From positions 1 through 17,434 of IMG/VR virus record IMGVR_UViG_3300037067_014938: a stretch of DNA of 17,434 nucleotides, one strand, 5' to 3'. This document shows, in pieces, positions 1-7,611 of the stretch (positions are counted from its first letter, which is position 1; every line of letters begins with the position of its first letter). Source of the stretch: a virus. Lineage: Duplodnaviria > Heunggongvirae > Uroviricota > Caudoviricetes. Made by a program: the position numbers and the translations under genes. Below the pieces are notes generated by a model. That model had not been told where the DNA came from, made no database searches, and was given only the letters and a program-made list of their open reading frames with translations.

Positions 1-482
1 GCATATGTCACCGAGTCAGGGCCAAATGCTGAGCTATCAGCCCAGTTCCATACAGCCCCAGCTAACTCAAACTTAGTTTTAACAGTTGTTGTATCCCAGT
101 ACTTGCCAAAGTAGCCAGTAAACGCACCATTGGTGGTATCTATTTTAGTTGCAGAATCAGCATGTTTAGCATATGTTACCGAGTCAGGGCCAAATGCTGA
201 ACTATCAGCCCAGTTCCATACAGCACCAGCCAACTCAAATTTAGTTTTAATAGTTGTCGTATCCCAGTAATGACTAAGGCTATCTCCTAAATCAACATCT
301 TTTACTATATTGGCATCTGCTGGTTCATATACACCCGGATGACCATGAAAGTATGTAGCATAATGCACAGACAAGTAGCCAGTGAATGCACCATTGGTGG
401 TGTCTATTTTAGTTGCAGAATCAGCATGTTTAGCATATGTTACCGAGTCGGGGCCAAATGCTGAGCTATCAGCCCAATTCCA
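1..482 (-). repeat. In-frame coding tandem repeat, 168-bp (56-aa) unit with one 96-bp insertion
   Basis: GCATATGT(C/T)ACCGAGTC starts at 1, 169 and 433 (offsets 168 and 264). Unit peptide is WNWADSSAFGPDSVTYAKHADSATKIDTTNGAFTGYFGKYWDTTTVKTKFELAGAV. Most differences between copies are synonymous. Confidence 0.95.
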
Positions 483-581
483 ATGTGGTTTACCTAAGTT
501 TAATAAATTTGAGGATAGCAAATTTCCAACACACAATATAGTCAGCATTAAATATAAGGCTATTTTATTGTATATTTTCAT
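1..581 (-). CDS. Secreted or virion repeat protein with N-terminal signal-peptide-like segment, 3'-truncated by the window edge (193 codons visible)
   Basis: Manual translation from the ATG at 581, 3 bp after the stop of the 585-929 gene: MKIYNKIALYLMLTILCVGNLLSSNLLNLGKPHWNWADSSAFGPDSVTYAKHADSATKIDTTNGAFTGYLSVHY...; open frame to position 1. Absent from the supplied ORF track because it has no stop in the window. Confidence 0.85.
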   Translation of the reverse strand, partial: MKIYNKIALYLMLTILCVGNLLSSNLLNLGKPHWNWADSSAFGPDSVTYAKHADSATKIDTTNGAFTGYLSVHYATYFHGHPGVYEPADANIVKDVDLGDSLSHYWDTTTIKTKFELAGAVWNWADSSAFGPDSVTYAKHADSATKIDTTNGAFTGYFGKYWDTTTVKTKFELAGAVWNWADSSAFGPDSVTY

Positions 582-584
582 TAT

Positions 585-929
585 TTATGCCTTATTGATT
601 AAATAATTAAATATTATAGAAATAACAGCAGTTATTAACGCTGAATATATTAATACTTTTGTTTGAAGTTCCACAAGTTTTTCAGAATTCATTTGAAGTT
701 TTTGTGTTACACCTTTTCTATAATCATTTTCTTCATTTGTACGATTCTCATTAGTTTTTTCTAAAGCAGAGATATCCTCATCCTGAACTTTTAATATTTG
801 TAACACTTGTGCTCTAAATGCAATATATTCAGTAGGTGATAATATACTTATATCATGTTCAAGATTTGTTATTTTACTTAATAACTCCATTAATTTTTCA
901 GATGTTAATTGAGTTGTATTATTTTCCAT
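585..929 (-). CDS. Coiled-coil protein with single C-terminal transmembrane helix (holin/XhlA-like architecture)
   Basis: Heptad-like charged N-terminus, then hydrophobic VLIYSALITAVISIIFNYLI and a short basic tail. Function is inferred from architecture only. Confidence 0.55.
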   Translation of the reverse strand: MENNTTQLTSEKLMELLSKITNLEHDISILSPTEYIAFRAQVLQILKVQDEDISALEKTNENRTNEENDYRKGVTQKLQMNSEKLVELQTKVLIYSALITAVISIIFNYLINKA

Positions 930-1323
930 CGTGTTGTTCTTTCAATAATGATTGTACTGGAGGATGAACAATTACAATGCAAATTCCATCAATACTCAGT
1001 CTGCATGAATGTACCGTCCCAGGTTTTATAATCCTCACTTCCCCTGAACCTATTGATATTCCATCATTAAATGATGTAGTTCCTTTAATTTGATAAAACA
1101 CTTCTTGTGAATATTTGTGATAATGCAATGGAATATCCCCGCCTTTTAATAAATCATTGTTATATACACATTCAAAAATTTGACAATCATTAGATGTTTC
1201 TTTATTATTTAATAAAAACATTTTCCATGTGCCCGTATGTGCTACATAAGTTCCTTTATTAAATGGCGTATCAACAACTAATGATGTTTCCAGGGCGGAT
1301 AATAATTCTTTTCTGTGTGACAT
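919..1323 (-). CDS. Cupin-domain protein
   Basis: Cupin motif 1 PLHYHKYSQEVFYQIKG and motif 2 GEVRIIKPGTVH retain the H-x-H, E and H metal ligands. GGAG lies upstream of the start. Confidence 0.85.
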   Translation of the reverse strand: MSHRKELLSALETSLVVDTPFNKGTYVAHTGTWKMFLLNNKETSNDCQIFECVYNNDLLKGGDIPLHYHKYSQEVFYQIKGTTSFNDGISIGSGEVRIIKPGTVHSCRLSIDGICIVIVHPPVQSLLKEQHDGK

Positions 1324-1324
1324 A

Positions 1325-3487
1325 TTACTTAAACTCCAATTTACACGAACAATTTGGATGGCCGGGAAAAAACTCAGTTAGATAACTCAAATCAAATTCT
1401 TGTTCATGGTTTGTAATACAAAGAATGTTTGATTCTTCTGTATTTTTACATTTCCATATTCCCTTTGTCTTTCCTGATATTCTAGCTAATGATATCAAAC
1501 CAACCCATTTTGCTTTTTTATAACTCTCTTGAGCATATAAGAATACTCTATTTTCACTTTTATCCAATTTATTCAAAAAGGATTCTTTTCCTTCTTTCAA
1601 AGAATTATTTAATTCATCAAAAAATTTAGTTACTACTTTTTTATTCCATGAATAAAGTACATCTAAATCTTCTGTTATATTACCTCCGGTAGTTTCTAAA
1701 TAAGTTGATCTTAATTGAGAATTAACTAATTGTTCAAATTCTATGAATTTTGATTTTAACATAAAAGAAGCAAATTCTAAATCATTATTTATATTCAAAT
1801 AATTTACAAGATCTGTTGTAATTTTTTCAAATATTGCACTATAAATTGAAAAGTATAAAGTTACAGAATCATATGGATTTATACCAGATGCAGCAGCGGG
1901 TTTCTTTTCAGTTTTAGTTTTAGTCTCTGTTTTTGATCCGGGTGGACGACCTTCTCCACCATCTGGAAGTGTTGGTGTTGCTGGTTTTATATTCCCGGTA
2001 TACCCTGGGACATTTTCATTAACAAATAATTCTTTTGTTCCATCTGTACTTTCTTTTTCTTTTCTTCTCTTTTCAACGTCAAAGTCATAACCCATTGATT
2101 TGACAAATGTTTCAACTGATAAACCACCAAGTTCATAAACTTTTAATGCAAAATTACGAACCTGTTGTTCATCTTTTAAAGGTAATGTTTCAAATTTATA
2201 TGAGACTGTTTCAAATTTTAGATTATTTGCTATAGCAATATCCATAGCTAATTGAGTGTATATTTGTTCAAGTTCGTATCTAATGGCATTCAAACCAACA
2301 TCAGTACTTAAGAACGTAATCCAACTTTGTGCGGTTGCAGTTGATGTACCATCTATTAAAAGAGGGGGTACATGCAATGCCCTAAGAATATCAATATCTG
2401 CTTGTTTATATTTTCTATCAAATTCTAAAATTTTTCCATCTGGTCCGACATCCTCAACTTCAAGATCCGGGCCGGGCCAAACGAATGAATTAGTTCTTTT
2501 CAAACTATTCAACATATCAACTAATGAATTAACTCTTGCTTGTGAAACCACATGATATGCGGGATTTAAGTCTTTATTTGGCAAACCTAATTTAAATATT
2601 GTTATTCTATTAATGAGACCATCTATAGTTGCATTATCCACAGCTTGTAATTTTCTTTTTGTAGCAACAGCACCAAATGCTTTTATAAATAGGGATACAC
2701 CCCATGGTTTATAGTCTTTTCCATTACGCTTTATATGATATGTTACATTAGGATCAAGTATAATTGGTTGTCTATTATTTATAAACTTCATCCATTCCTT
2801 TGGGAGTAACTTTACTAAATATTTACCTGCGTCGTTAACTGGATTTTTTAATAGTTTTGTTAAATTATCATTTAATGTAAGTTCTATTAATTCAACTCCC
2901 ATTTGAGCTAAGTCTGAGTTGATATTTAAATTTAATGTATCAATAGCTTTTAAAGAAACAGGGAGCATATACGTTTGTGAATCATTTAAATTTAATTTAA
3001 TACCTTTCTGCCAAAAAACAGTAAAGACTGCATCACCATCAGTAATATAGTCGTCAAAAATACGTTTTGAAAATGGTGTTAATCCAGCTACTGGAAATAC
3101 AAATCCTTTTACTTTTGTGTTATTCATTGGACCATTAACTGAAGTTGCCCAATCATTTAATAATTTTTTTAGTTCATCATTATCCGAATCAAAGTATCCT
3201 TTAGTAATACCAAAGTCACATAATAAATCAGCCACTGTAGAACATATACCTTCAACTGAACGCAACTTTCGTGCCAATACTACTACCTTGTTTCTATCTT
3301 CAAGAGTTGTGTCTTGATAATCTACAATATCAGTTAAAACAGTTGTAGAGGTTCTATTTGTAGTTAAAGAATAATTATGAACACCAACCTCTAATTGTTT
3401 GTTCATATCAAGATACTTTTCTACATCACTCTGTCGTTTTGTTTTTGGTATTTTAATAGTTTTAGATATTTTTTTACTATTGGGCAT
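1325..3487 (-). CDS. Phage portal protein with C-terminal MuF/SPP1 gp7-like head-morphogenesis domain
   Basis: Directly downstream of terL. Portal-like segments (H-x-K...WG, helical core), then a Pro/Lys/Thr-rich linker KPATPTLPDGGEGRPPGSKTETKTKTEKKP, and a C-terminal W-x-C...C...PGHPNCSC motif typical of MuF-family proteins. AGGA RBS precedes the ATG. Confidence 0.75.
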   Translation of the reverse strand: MPNSKKISKTIKIPKTKRQSDVEKYLDMNKQLEVGVHNYSLTTNRTSTTVLTDIVDYQDTTLEDRNKVVVLARKLRSVEGICSTVADLLCDFGITKGYFDSDNDELKKLLNDWATSVNGPMNNTKVKGFVFPVAGLTPFSKRIFDDYITDGDAVFTVFWQKGIKLNLNDSQTYMLPVSLKAIDTLNLNINSDLAQMGVELIELTLNDNLTKLLKNPVNDAGKYLVKLLPKEWMKFINNRQPIILDPNVTYHIKRNGKDYKPWGVSLFIKAFGAVATKRKLQAVDNATIDGLINRITIFKLGLPNKDLNPAYHVVSQARVNSLVDMLNSLKRTNSFVWPGPDLEVEDVGPDGKILEFDRKYKQADIDILRALHVPPLLIDGTSTATAQSWITFLSTDVGLNAIRYELEQIYTQLAMDIAIANNLKFETVSYKFETLPLKDEQQVRNFALKVYELGGLSVETFVKSMGYDFDVEKRRKEKESTDGTKELFVNENVPGYTGNIKPATPTLPDGGEGRPPGSKTETKTKTEKKPAAASGINPYDSVTLYFSIYSAIFEKITTDLVNYLNINNDLEFASFMLKSKFIEFEQLVNSQLRSTYLETTGGNITEDLDVLYSWNKKVVTKFFDELNNSLKEGKESFLNKLDKSENRVFLYAQESYKKAKWVGLISLARISGKTKGIWKCKNTEESNILCITNHEQEFDLSYLTEFFPGHPNCSCKLEFK

Positions 3488-3498
3488 TTGTATATTCC

Positions 3499-5349
3499 TT
3501 ATGATATATGAAGAGACATGGGTTTTACCTGATCAAGTAGCGTACTGTAGTCAATATTTGTTAACTCTTCATCTATAAGTTCTCTCATTCTTCCTACTGC
3601 ATATAATAACGCTGAATATAAATCTTTCTTTCCAGACATCCTTTTTCCTGTTCGTGGATCGACAGATTCAATATCAAATTTTGCACCCTTACCCGCTGGT
3701 ATAGCTTTTACTCTTACTAATTGACTTACTAATGTTTCTATATGCCCGGCTGATTCAAAGATTATAGTATTTTCATGATGGTATCTAAGTGGACGTGGAA
3801 AAATAAGAGACATATTTTCTATGATACCTCGCATATATCCATTAAATAACATATTTTGTTCTTGAGTAGTAGCATATAGTTTTAATATTGGCATTCCTTT
3901 TCTTACTTCTGTTTTATACGTTGGATCATAAATAGGTCGTTTGTTTATTCCAAGACTCATTAAATAATCGGCATCTGCTAAAAGATCAGATAATTCATAG
4001 CCACCACCTCTTGAATCCATAGCCACAGAAACAATATTAAATTTTTCCATTAAGTTATAAATTAATTTTACACGTTCTTGTTGACTCATTTTATTTTTTT
4101 CAAATGCGTAGACTACAGCCACATAATTTTTTAATTTACATGATTTTCCTACTTCATAAAATGAACATTGTTCACCAAGATTAGCTGTTGCACATTTTGA
4201 TATATCTCGTTCTTTATTATTTAAGGCACCAACTTTTATAACTACAAGTGCTGTATTATCACCAGATGGGGCCGTATCAACTCCAAGCAAACAATAAGCT
4301 GAACAACTCTCTAATGGTTCTAAAAATAAATCATCTTCTCTATCAAAAGATATTTCTTGTCCTTTTACAATACAATCGTACGGAAAATATCCACCCTGTA
4401 AATTAAGGGGTATATTTTTATTTTCTGAGTTCCATAAGGAAATATCTGTAGTTGGTATATTTAACTTTTGAAGAATTCTTTCATAGTTAATTCCCCATGT
4501 CATTATACGTCTTCCATCGGATGTCTTATAAAAAGTATCTTCTAAATTAAACTCATATACTGAAACATCATTAGCCGATAATGTTTTATCAACAACCTCA
4601 TCCGGAAGTGTAGTTAAATCTTCTTTATTTACATTTTCAAGTAATGATTTATAATATGCATATTGCATATAAAAATCTCTATACGTATAATCACAAGTAG
4701 AAATAGCAATAGACATATTTTTAATTGGTTGTTTATCCTCTGGAAGACTTGGATCATACAATACGTTCATCATAGGATCAAGAACAGCTTGATACAAATT
4801 TGAAGAAATCAAAAATGCCTCATCTTGTCCTAAAGTATGACATCTAATACCACGAATTGAATCACCTTCGGTTGATGCCGCTAGTGGAATACCAAGTATA
4901 GAAGAACCATTTGTAAAATCTATAGACCAGTATGATGGATCTTTTAATATTATTTTTTTAGGGTTACTGACACAACCTAAAGCAAATTGTACATTTTCTT
5001 GTCCGCCTAAATGACATTTTATAATTTTTTCGCATTCATATAAAACAATTTTACTTCCTCTATAACCTTGTCCCGCTGCAGCTACTTGTTTTAAGTTTGG
5101 ATAAAGTATCGCACGAAGTACATACAAAATTGCTAATAATATTGTTTTCCCCATACCACGAGAAGCAAAAAATAAATTAATTGGTTTACCCAATCCCCAA
5201 TCACGCAATACTAATGAATGATGGGGAGATAGTTTAAGCCCTAATAAATCTTTTGCTGCTACATCAAGGTGTTTACGATAAAAATAAATAGGAAACAATC
5301 TATCAATTGTTTCATTTATTGTAAATTGTGTTTTATTCAATTGGGTCAT
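3499..5349 (-). CDS. terL: Phage terminase large subunit
   Basis: Walker A ASRGMGKT, IRGIR followed by Walker B LGQDEAF, RNase H-like nuclease acidic residues (LLGVDTA, AMDSRGGG, KKDLYSA); 616 aa. Confidence 0.92.
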   Translation of the reverse strand: MTQLNKTQFTINETIDRLFPIYFYRKHLDVAAKDLLGLKLSPHHSLVLRDWGLGKPINLFFASRGMGKTILLAILYVLRAILYPNLKQVAAAGQGYRGSKIVLYECEKIIKCHLGGQENVQFALGCVSNPKKIILKDPSYWSIDFTNGSSILGIPLAASTEGDSIRGIRCHTLGQDEAFLISSNLYQAVLDPMMNVLYDPSLPEDKQPIKNMSIAISTCDYTYRDFYMQYAYYKSLLENVNKEDLTTLPDEVVDKTLSANDVSVYEFNLEDTFYKTSDGRRIMTWGINYERILQKLNIPTTDISLWNSENKNIPLNLQGGYFPYDCIVKGQEISFDREDDLFLEPLESCSAYCLLGVDTAPSGDNTALVVIKVGALNNKERDISKCATANLGEQCSFYEVGKSCKLKNYVAVVYAFEKNKMSQQERVKLIYNLMEKFNIVSVAMDSRGGGYELSDLLADADYLMSLGINKRPIYDPTYKTEVRKGMPILKLYATTQEQNMLFNGYMRGIIENMSLIFPRPLRYHHENTIIFESAGHIETLVSQLVRVKAIPAGKGAKFDIESVDPRTGKRMSGKKDLYSALLYAVGRMRELIDEELTNIDYSTLLDQVKPMSLHIS

Positions 5350-6187
5350 ATAGAGGTTCCATCTGCCTTATAAGTTCTCTGGCTTCTTCAACTGACATTC
5401 CCGCATAAGAATAATGTGCAAACAACTCTTTTGAAATTTCTTGTCTATCATATTTACTTAATAGTATCCTAATTTCTTTGTATCTCATTCGTCTGATTAA
5501 ATCAGGCATGTCAGTAAGGCTCTGTTGAAATCTTATAGAAAGTGCGGCTACACTTTGTCTATCTTCTTGATCTTTAACTTTTGACTTTTCACCCTCATCT
5601 ATACCTAAATAGTTTCCTAATTTTATATATGTATCTATAAGATTTTTAAGGGCTACATTAAAAGCAATAACATTGCCATCGACTAATTTTTTTATTAGCA
5701 CTGAAAGTTTACAATAATTTGTTATTGAATTATCTAAATCATTTCTACTTAAAGATGGATAAGCCAATAATAAATTTTTCTTTATTTTATCTATTTCGTC
5801 GTAATCCTCGTTAACCAATAACTTTTCCACTGAAATCTGATCATTGTTATCAGAAACAGCATCCTGGCTTTTTCTTCCAACGTATTTTTTGATTCCAGTA
5901 GAATTGCCATATTTATATCTCCCTTTCGTGGACTGCGTGGCAACATAGTATCCTTTTGTTAGAAATTCTAGTCTATCATCAAAATAGTCTGATGTAAAAG
6001 AAATTTGATTACCATCAAAGTCTAATCCGTTAATGATATTTTCTAGTGCTATTTTTGCTTTCTCAATTGATGAGTTTTCGTCCAGTCCAACAATAAAAAC
6101 GTAATAATCTTTAATAATTTTGACGTATTTTATTGTTTCTGGTGTAGGAATTAAAAATTTTCCACTATTTTTCCCAGTTTTTGACAT
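5333..6187 (-). CDS. Hypothetical protein, putative terminase small subunit
   Basis: First gene of the packaging operon, overlapping the terL start by 17 bp; helical C-terminal half; GGAGAAGG RBS. Assignment is positional. Confidence 0.45.
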   Translation of the reverse strand: MSKTGKNSGKFLIPTPETIKYVKIIKDYYVFIVGLDENSSIEKAKIALENIINGLDFDGNQISFTSDYFDDRLEFLTKGYYVATQSTKGRYKYGNSTGIKKYVGRKSQDAVSDNNDQISVEKLLVNEDYDEIDKIKKNLLLAYPSLSRNDLDNSITNYCKLSVLIKKLVDGNVIAFNVALKNLIDTYIKLGNYLGIDEGEKSKVKDQEDRQSVAALSIRFQQSLTDMPDLIRRMRYKEIRILLSKYDRQEISKELFAHYSYAGMSVEEARELIRQMEPLYDPIE

Positions 6188-6387
6188 AACCTTCTCCCAT
6201 TTATGTATATATCGTCTATTTTTTTGTATTTTGTACCACGTAGCCGATAATAAGCAGAATAAAATTCATTGAGGGGAGAGATTACATAAAACGTAATACA
6301 TTAATTAATTTAATACCTACCTAAAAATTTATAAAATTGATTAATTTATATTATATAAGAACTTCTTAAAAATCCTTTTGGACAATT

Positions 6388-6478
6388 ACCATAGTTAATA
6401 TTAACTATAGTTAGTAATCATCAATAGTTAATATTAACTATAGTATTTTCCTAACTATAGTCTTATACTTACTATAGT
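6388..6478. repeat. Array of six ACTATAGT-like palindromic octamers at 16-17-bp spacing, including two perfect 18-bp palindromes
   Basis: Octamers start at 6388 (ACCATAGT), 6404, 6421 (TCAATAGT), 6437, 6454 and 6471. ATAGTTAATATTAACTAT occurs at 6391-6408 and 6424-6441. Confidence 0.9.
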
Positions 6479-6498
6479 ATAGTATATACGAAAATTGC

Positions 6499-6521
6499 AA
6501 CCCGTTGTGTGACAACAAGTT
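6499..6521 (-). promoter_or_regulatory. 8-7-8 inverted-repeat protein-binding site, copy 1 (inverted relative to copies 2 and 3)
   Basis: AACCCGTT-GTGTGAC-AACAAGTT; reverse complement with flanks is T-AACTTGTT-GTCACAC-AACGGGTT-GCA. Confidence 0.5.
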
Positions 6522-6557
6522 AAAAAATTAGTTTGATAATGTTCAGCTCCAAACCAC

Positions 6558-6620
6558 TTTTTTGGCCCTTTTTTGGCCTTTTTTGGCCCATTTTGGGGTG
6601 TTTTCGGCTGATTTTGGACC
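6558..6620. repeat. Helically phased T-tracts, (T4-6 GGCC-like) x6
   Basis: T-tracts start at 6558, 6569, 6579, 6591, 6601 and 6612 (10-12-bp spacing), separated by GGCC(C), GGGG or CGGC. Confidence 0.85.
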
Positions 6621-6627
6621 TCCCTAT

Positions 6628-6650
6628 AAGTTGTTATCCCACAGTAAGTT
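6628..6650 (+). promoter_or_regulatory. 8-7-8 inverted-repeat protein-binding site, copy 2
   Basis: T-AAGTTGTT-ATCCCAC-AGTAAGTT-ACA. Confidence 0.45.
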
Positions 6651-6668
6651 ACAAATTCTTAAAAAACT

Positions 6669-6691
6669 AACTCATTACCCAACAACAAGTT
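6669..6691 (+). promoter_or_regulatory. 8-7-8 inverted-repeat protein-binding site, copy 3
   Basis: T-AACTCATT-ACCCAAC-AACAAGTT-GCA; arms fit AACTnnTT/AAnnAGTT perfectly. Confidence 0.5.
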
Positions 6692-6820
6692 GCACTTGTC
6701 GGACAACAAGAAGCCGCTCCACAACAACACGTTATAAAAAATTAAAAAAATATCACTATTTGGGAACTTTTAGAGATTAAATTGGTTATACTTTTTATAA
6801 CCAGAAGGAAGGCACGTAGA

Positions 6821-7339
6821 ATGTTGTATAATTTTCATAATGTTGATTTAGAATTAAAAGTAGAGACAGAATCCTTATTTAAGATACAAGAATATTTTCG
6901 CCAAAAATCCCCTGAAATTGAACAAGCGTTTTCAAAATTTAGTACTACAACTAATATTTATATTGACAGTGTAATCTCAAGGTTGTCTACTTCTTTTGAT
7001 TCAGATATTGACTCATTACAAGAACAACTTGTAACATGCATGTCTTTAGTATTTACTGGAGGTCAACTGCTAACTGATGCTCGTGCATTCCATCAAATCT
7101 ATGAAATGCTTTTCTATTGCCCAAAACAAAAGGAGTATTCTGATCCCGATAGAAAGTTATATACACAAACAAAAACTATCTTTCAATCAAGATTAGTTTA
7201 TATGCTAAATCAAATAGTAGATAAATTAGAAAAAAGAATTATAACTTGTCAGAGTTTATTAAAAGTACAAGTAGCCACAATGGGGGATGCAACAGGGATG
7301 CATGGAAATTTACCTAAGTATGATGGAGAGGCAGAATGA
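6821..7339 (+). CDS. Hypothetical alpha-helical protein (172 aa)
   Basis: ATG at 6821 preceded by AAGGAAGG (6805-6812) is preferred over the TTG at 6782 in the ORF track. No recognised motif. Confidence 0.75.
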   Translation: MLYNFHNVDLELKVETESLFKIQEYFRQKSPEIEQAFSKFSTTTNIYIDSVISRLSTSFDSDIDSLQEQLVTCMSLVFTGGQLLTDARAFHQIYEMLFYCPKQKEYSDPDRKLYTQTKTIFQSRLVYMLNQIVDKLEKRIITCQSLLKVQVATMGDATGMHGNLPKYDGEAE

Positions 7340-7611
7340 ATATCTTAGTATTACATAATCAACCGTATAGCAACAAAAAAGTCTTAAATAGGTTTCGAGC
7401 CGCTGATATCAAAGTAGCCCCAGAAGATTTTATTTTAGTGCTAAAAGTAAAAAGAAATGTACCAACGGAAGTTCTCAATAAAACTTGGGATTTGTTATTT
7501 GTAGATTCATCTTCGACAGCATTTGTGGATTATGAACATTACTTACGCAAAATGCGTAAAAAAGGTAATCCAATAATAAAATCTTTTAGTTATAGGACTG
7601 TAGGCCAATGA
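7336..7611 (+). CDS. Hypothetical protein (91 aa)
   Basis: ATGA overlaps at both ends; GGAGAGG RBS. Confidence 0.75.
   Translation: MNILVLHNQPYSNKKVLNRFRAADIKVAPEDFILVLKVKRNVPTEVLNKTWDLLFVDSSSTAFVDYEHYLRKMRKKGNPIIKSFSYRTVGQ

Noticed and set aside
382-606. 74-aa + strand ORF in the track
   Set aside because: Antisense shadow of the signal-peptide repeat gene; the minus frame explains the synonymous pattern of repeat differences.
919-1323. Cupin as an RmlC-like sugar epimerase of the glycan pathway
   Set aside because: It has the metal-binding H-x-H/E/H pattern rather than recognisable RmlC motifs and lies in the opposite operon.
2256-3317. Two + strand ORFs (2256-2555, 3117-3317)
   Set aside because: Fully antisense to the portal gene, with no motifs or RBS.
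6388-6730. Possible CRISPR mini-array
   Set aside because: Repeats are 8-23 bp, lack unique 30-40-bp spacers at constant period, and no cas genes are present.
6562-6780. 72-aa + strand ORF in the intergenic region
   Set aside because: Its low-complexity translation simply reflects the T-tract and ACAACAA repeats; no ATG start or RBS.
6188-6820. Sigma70-type promoters (TATAAT on the - strand at 6350-6355; TATACT on the + strand at 6787-6792)
   Set aside because: No matching -35 hexamer at 16-18-bp spacing, and such hexamers arise by chance in AT-rich DNA. Divergent promoters must exist here but cannot be placed.
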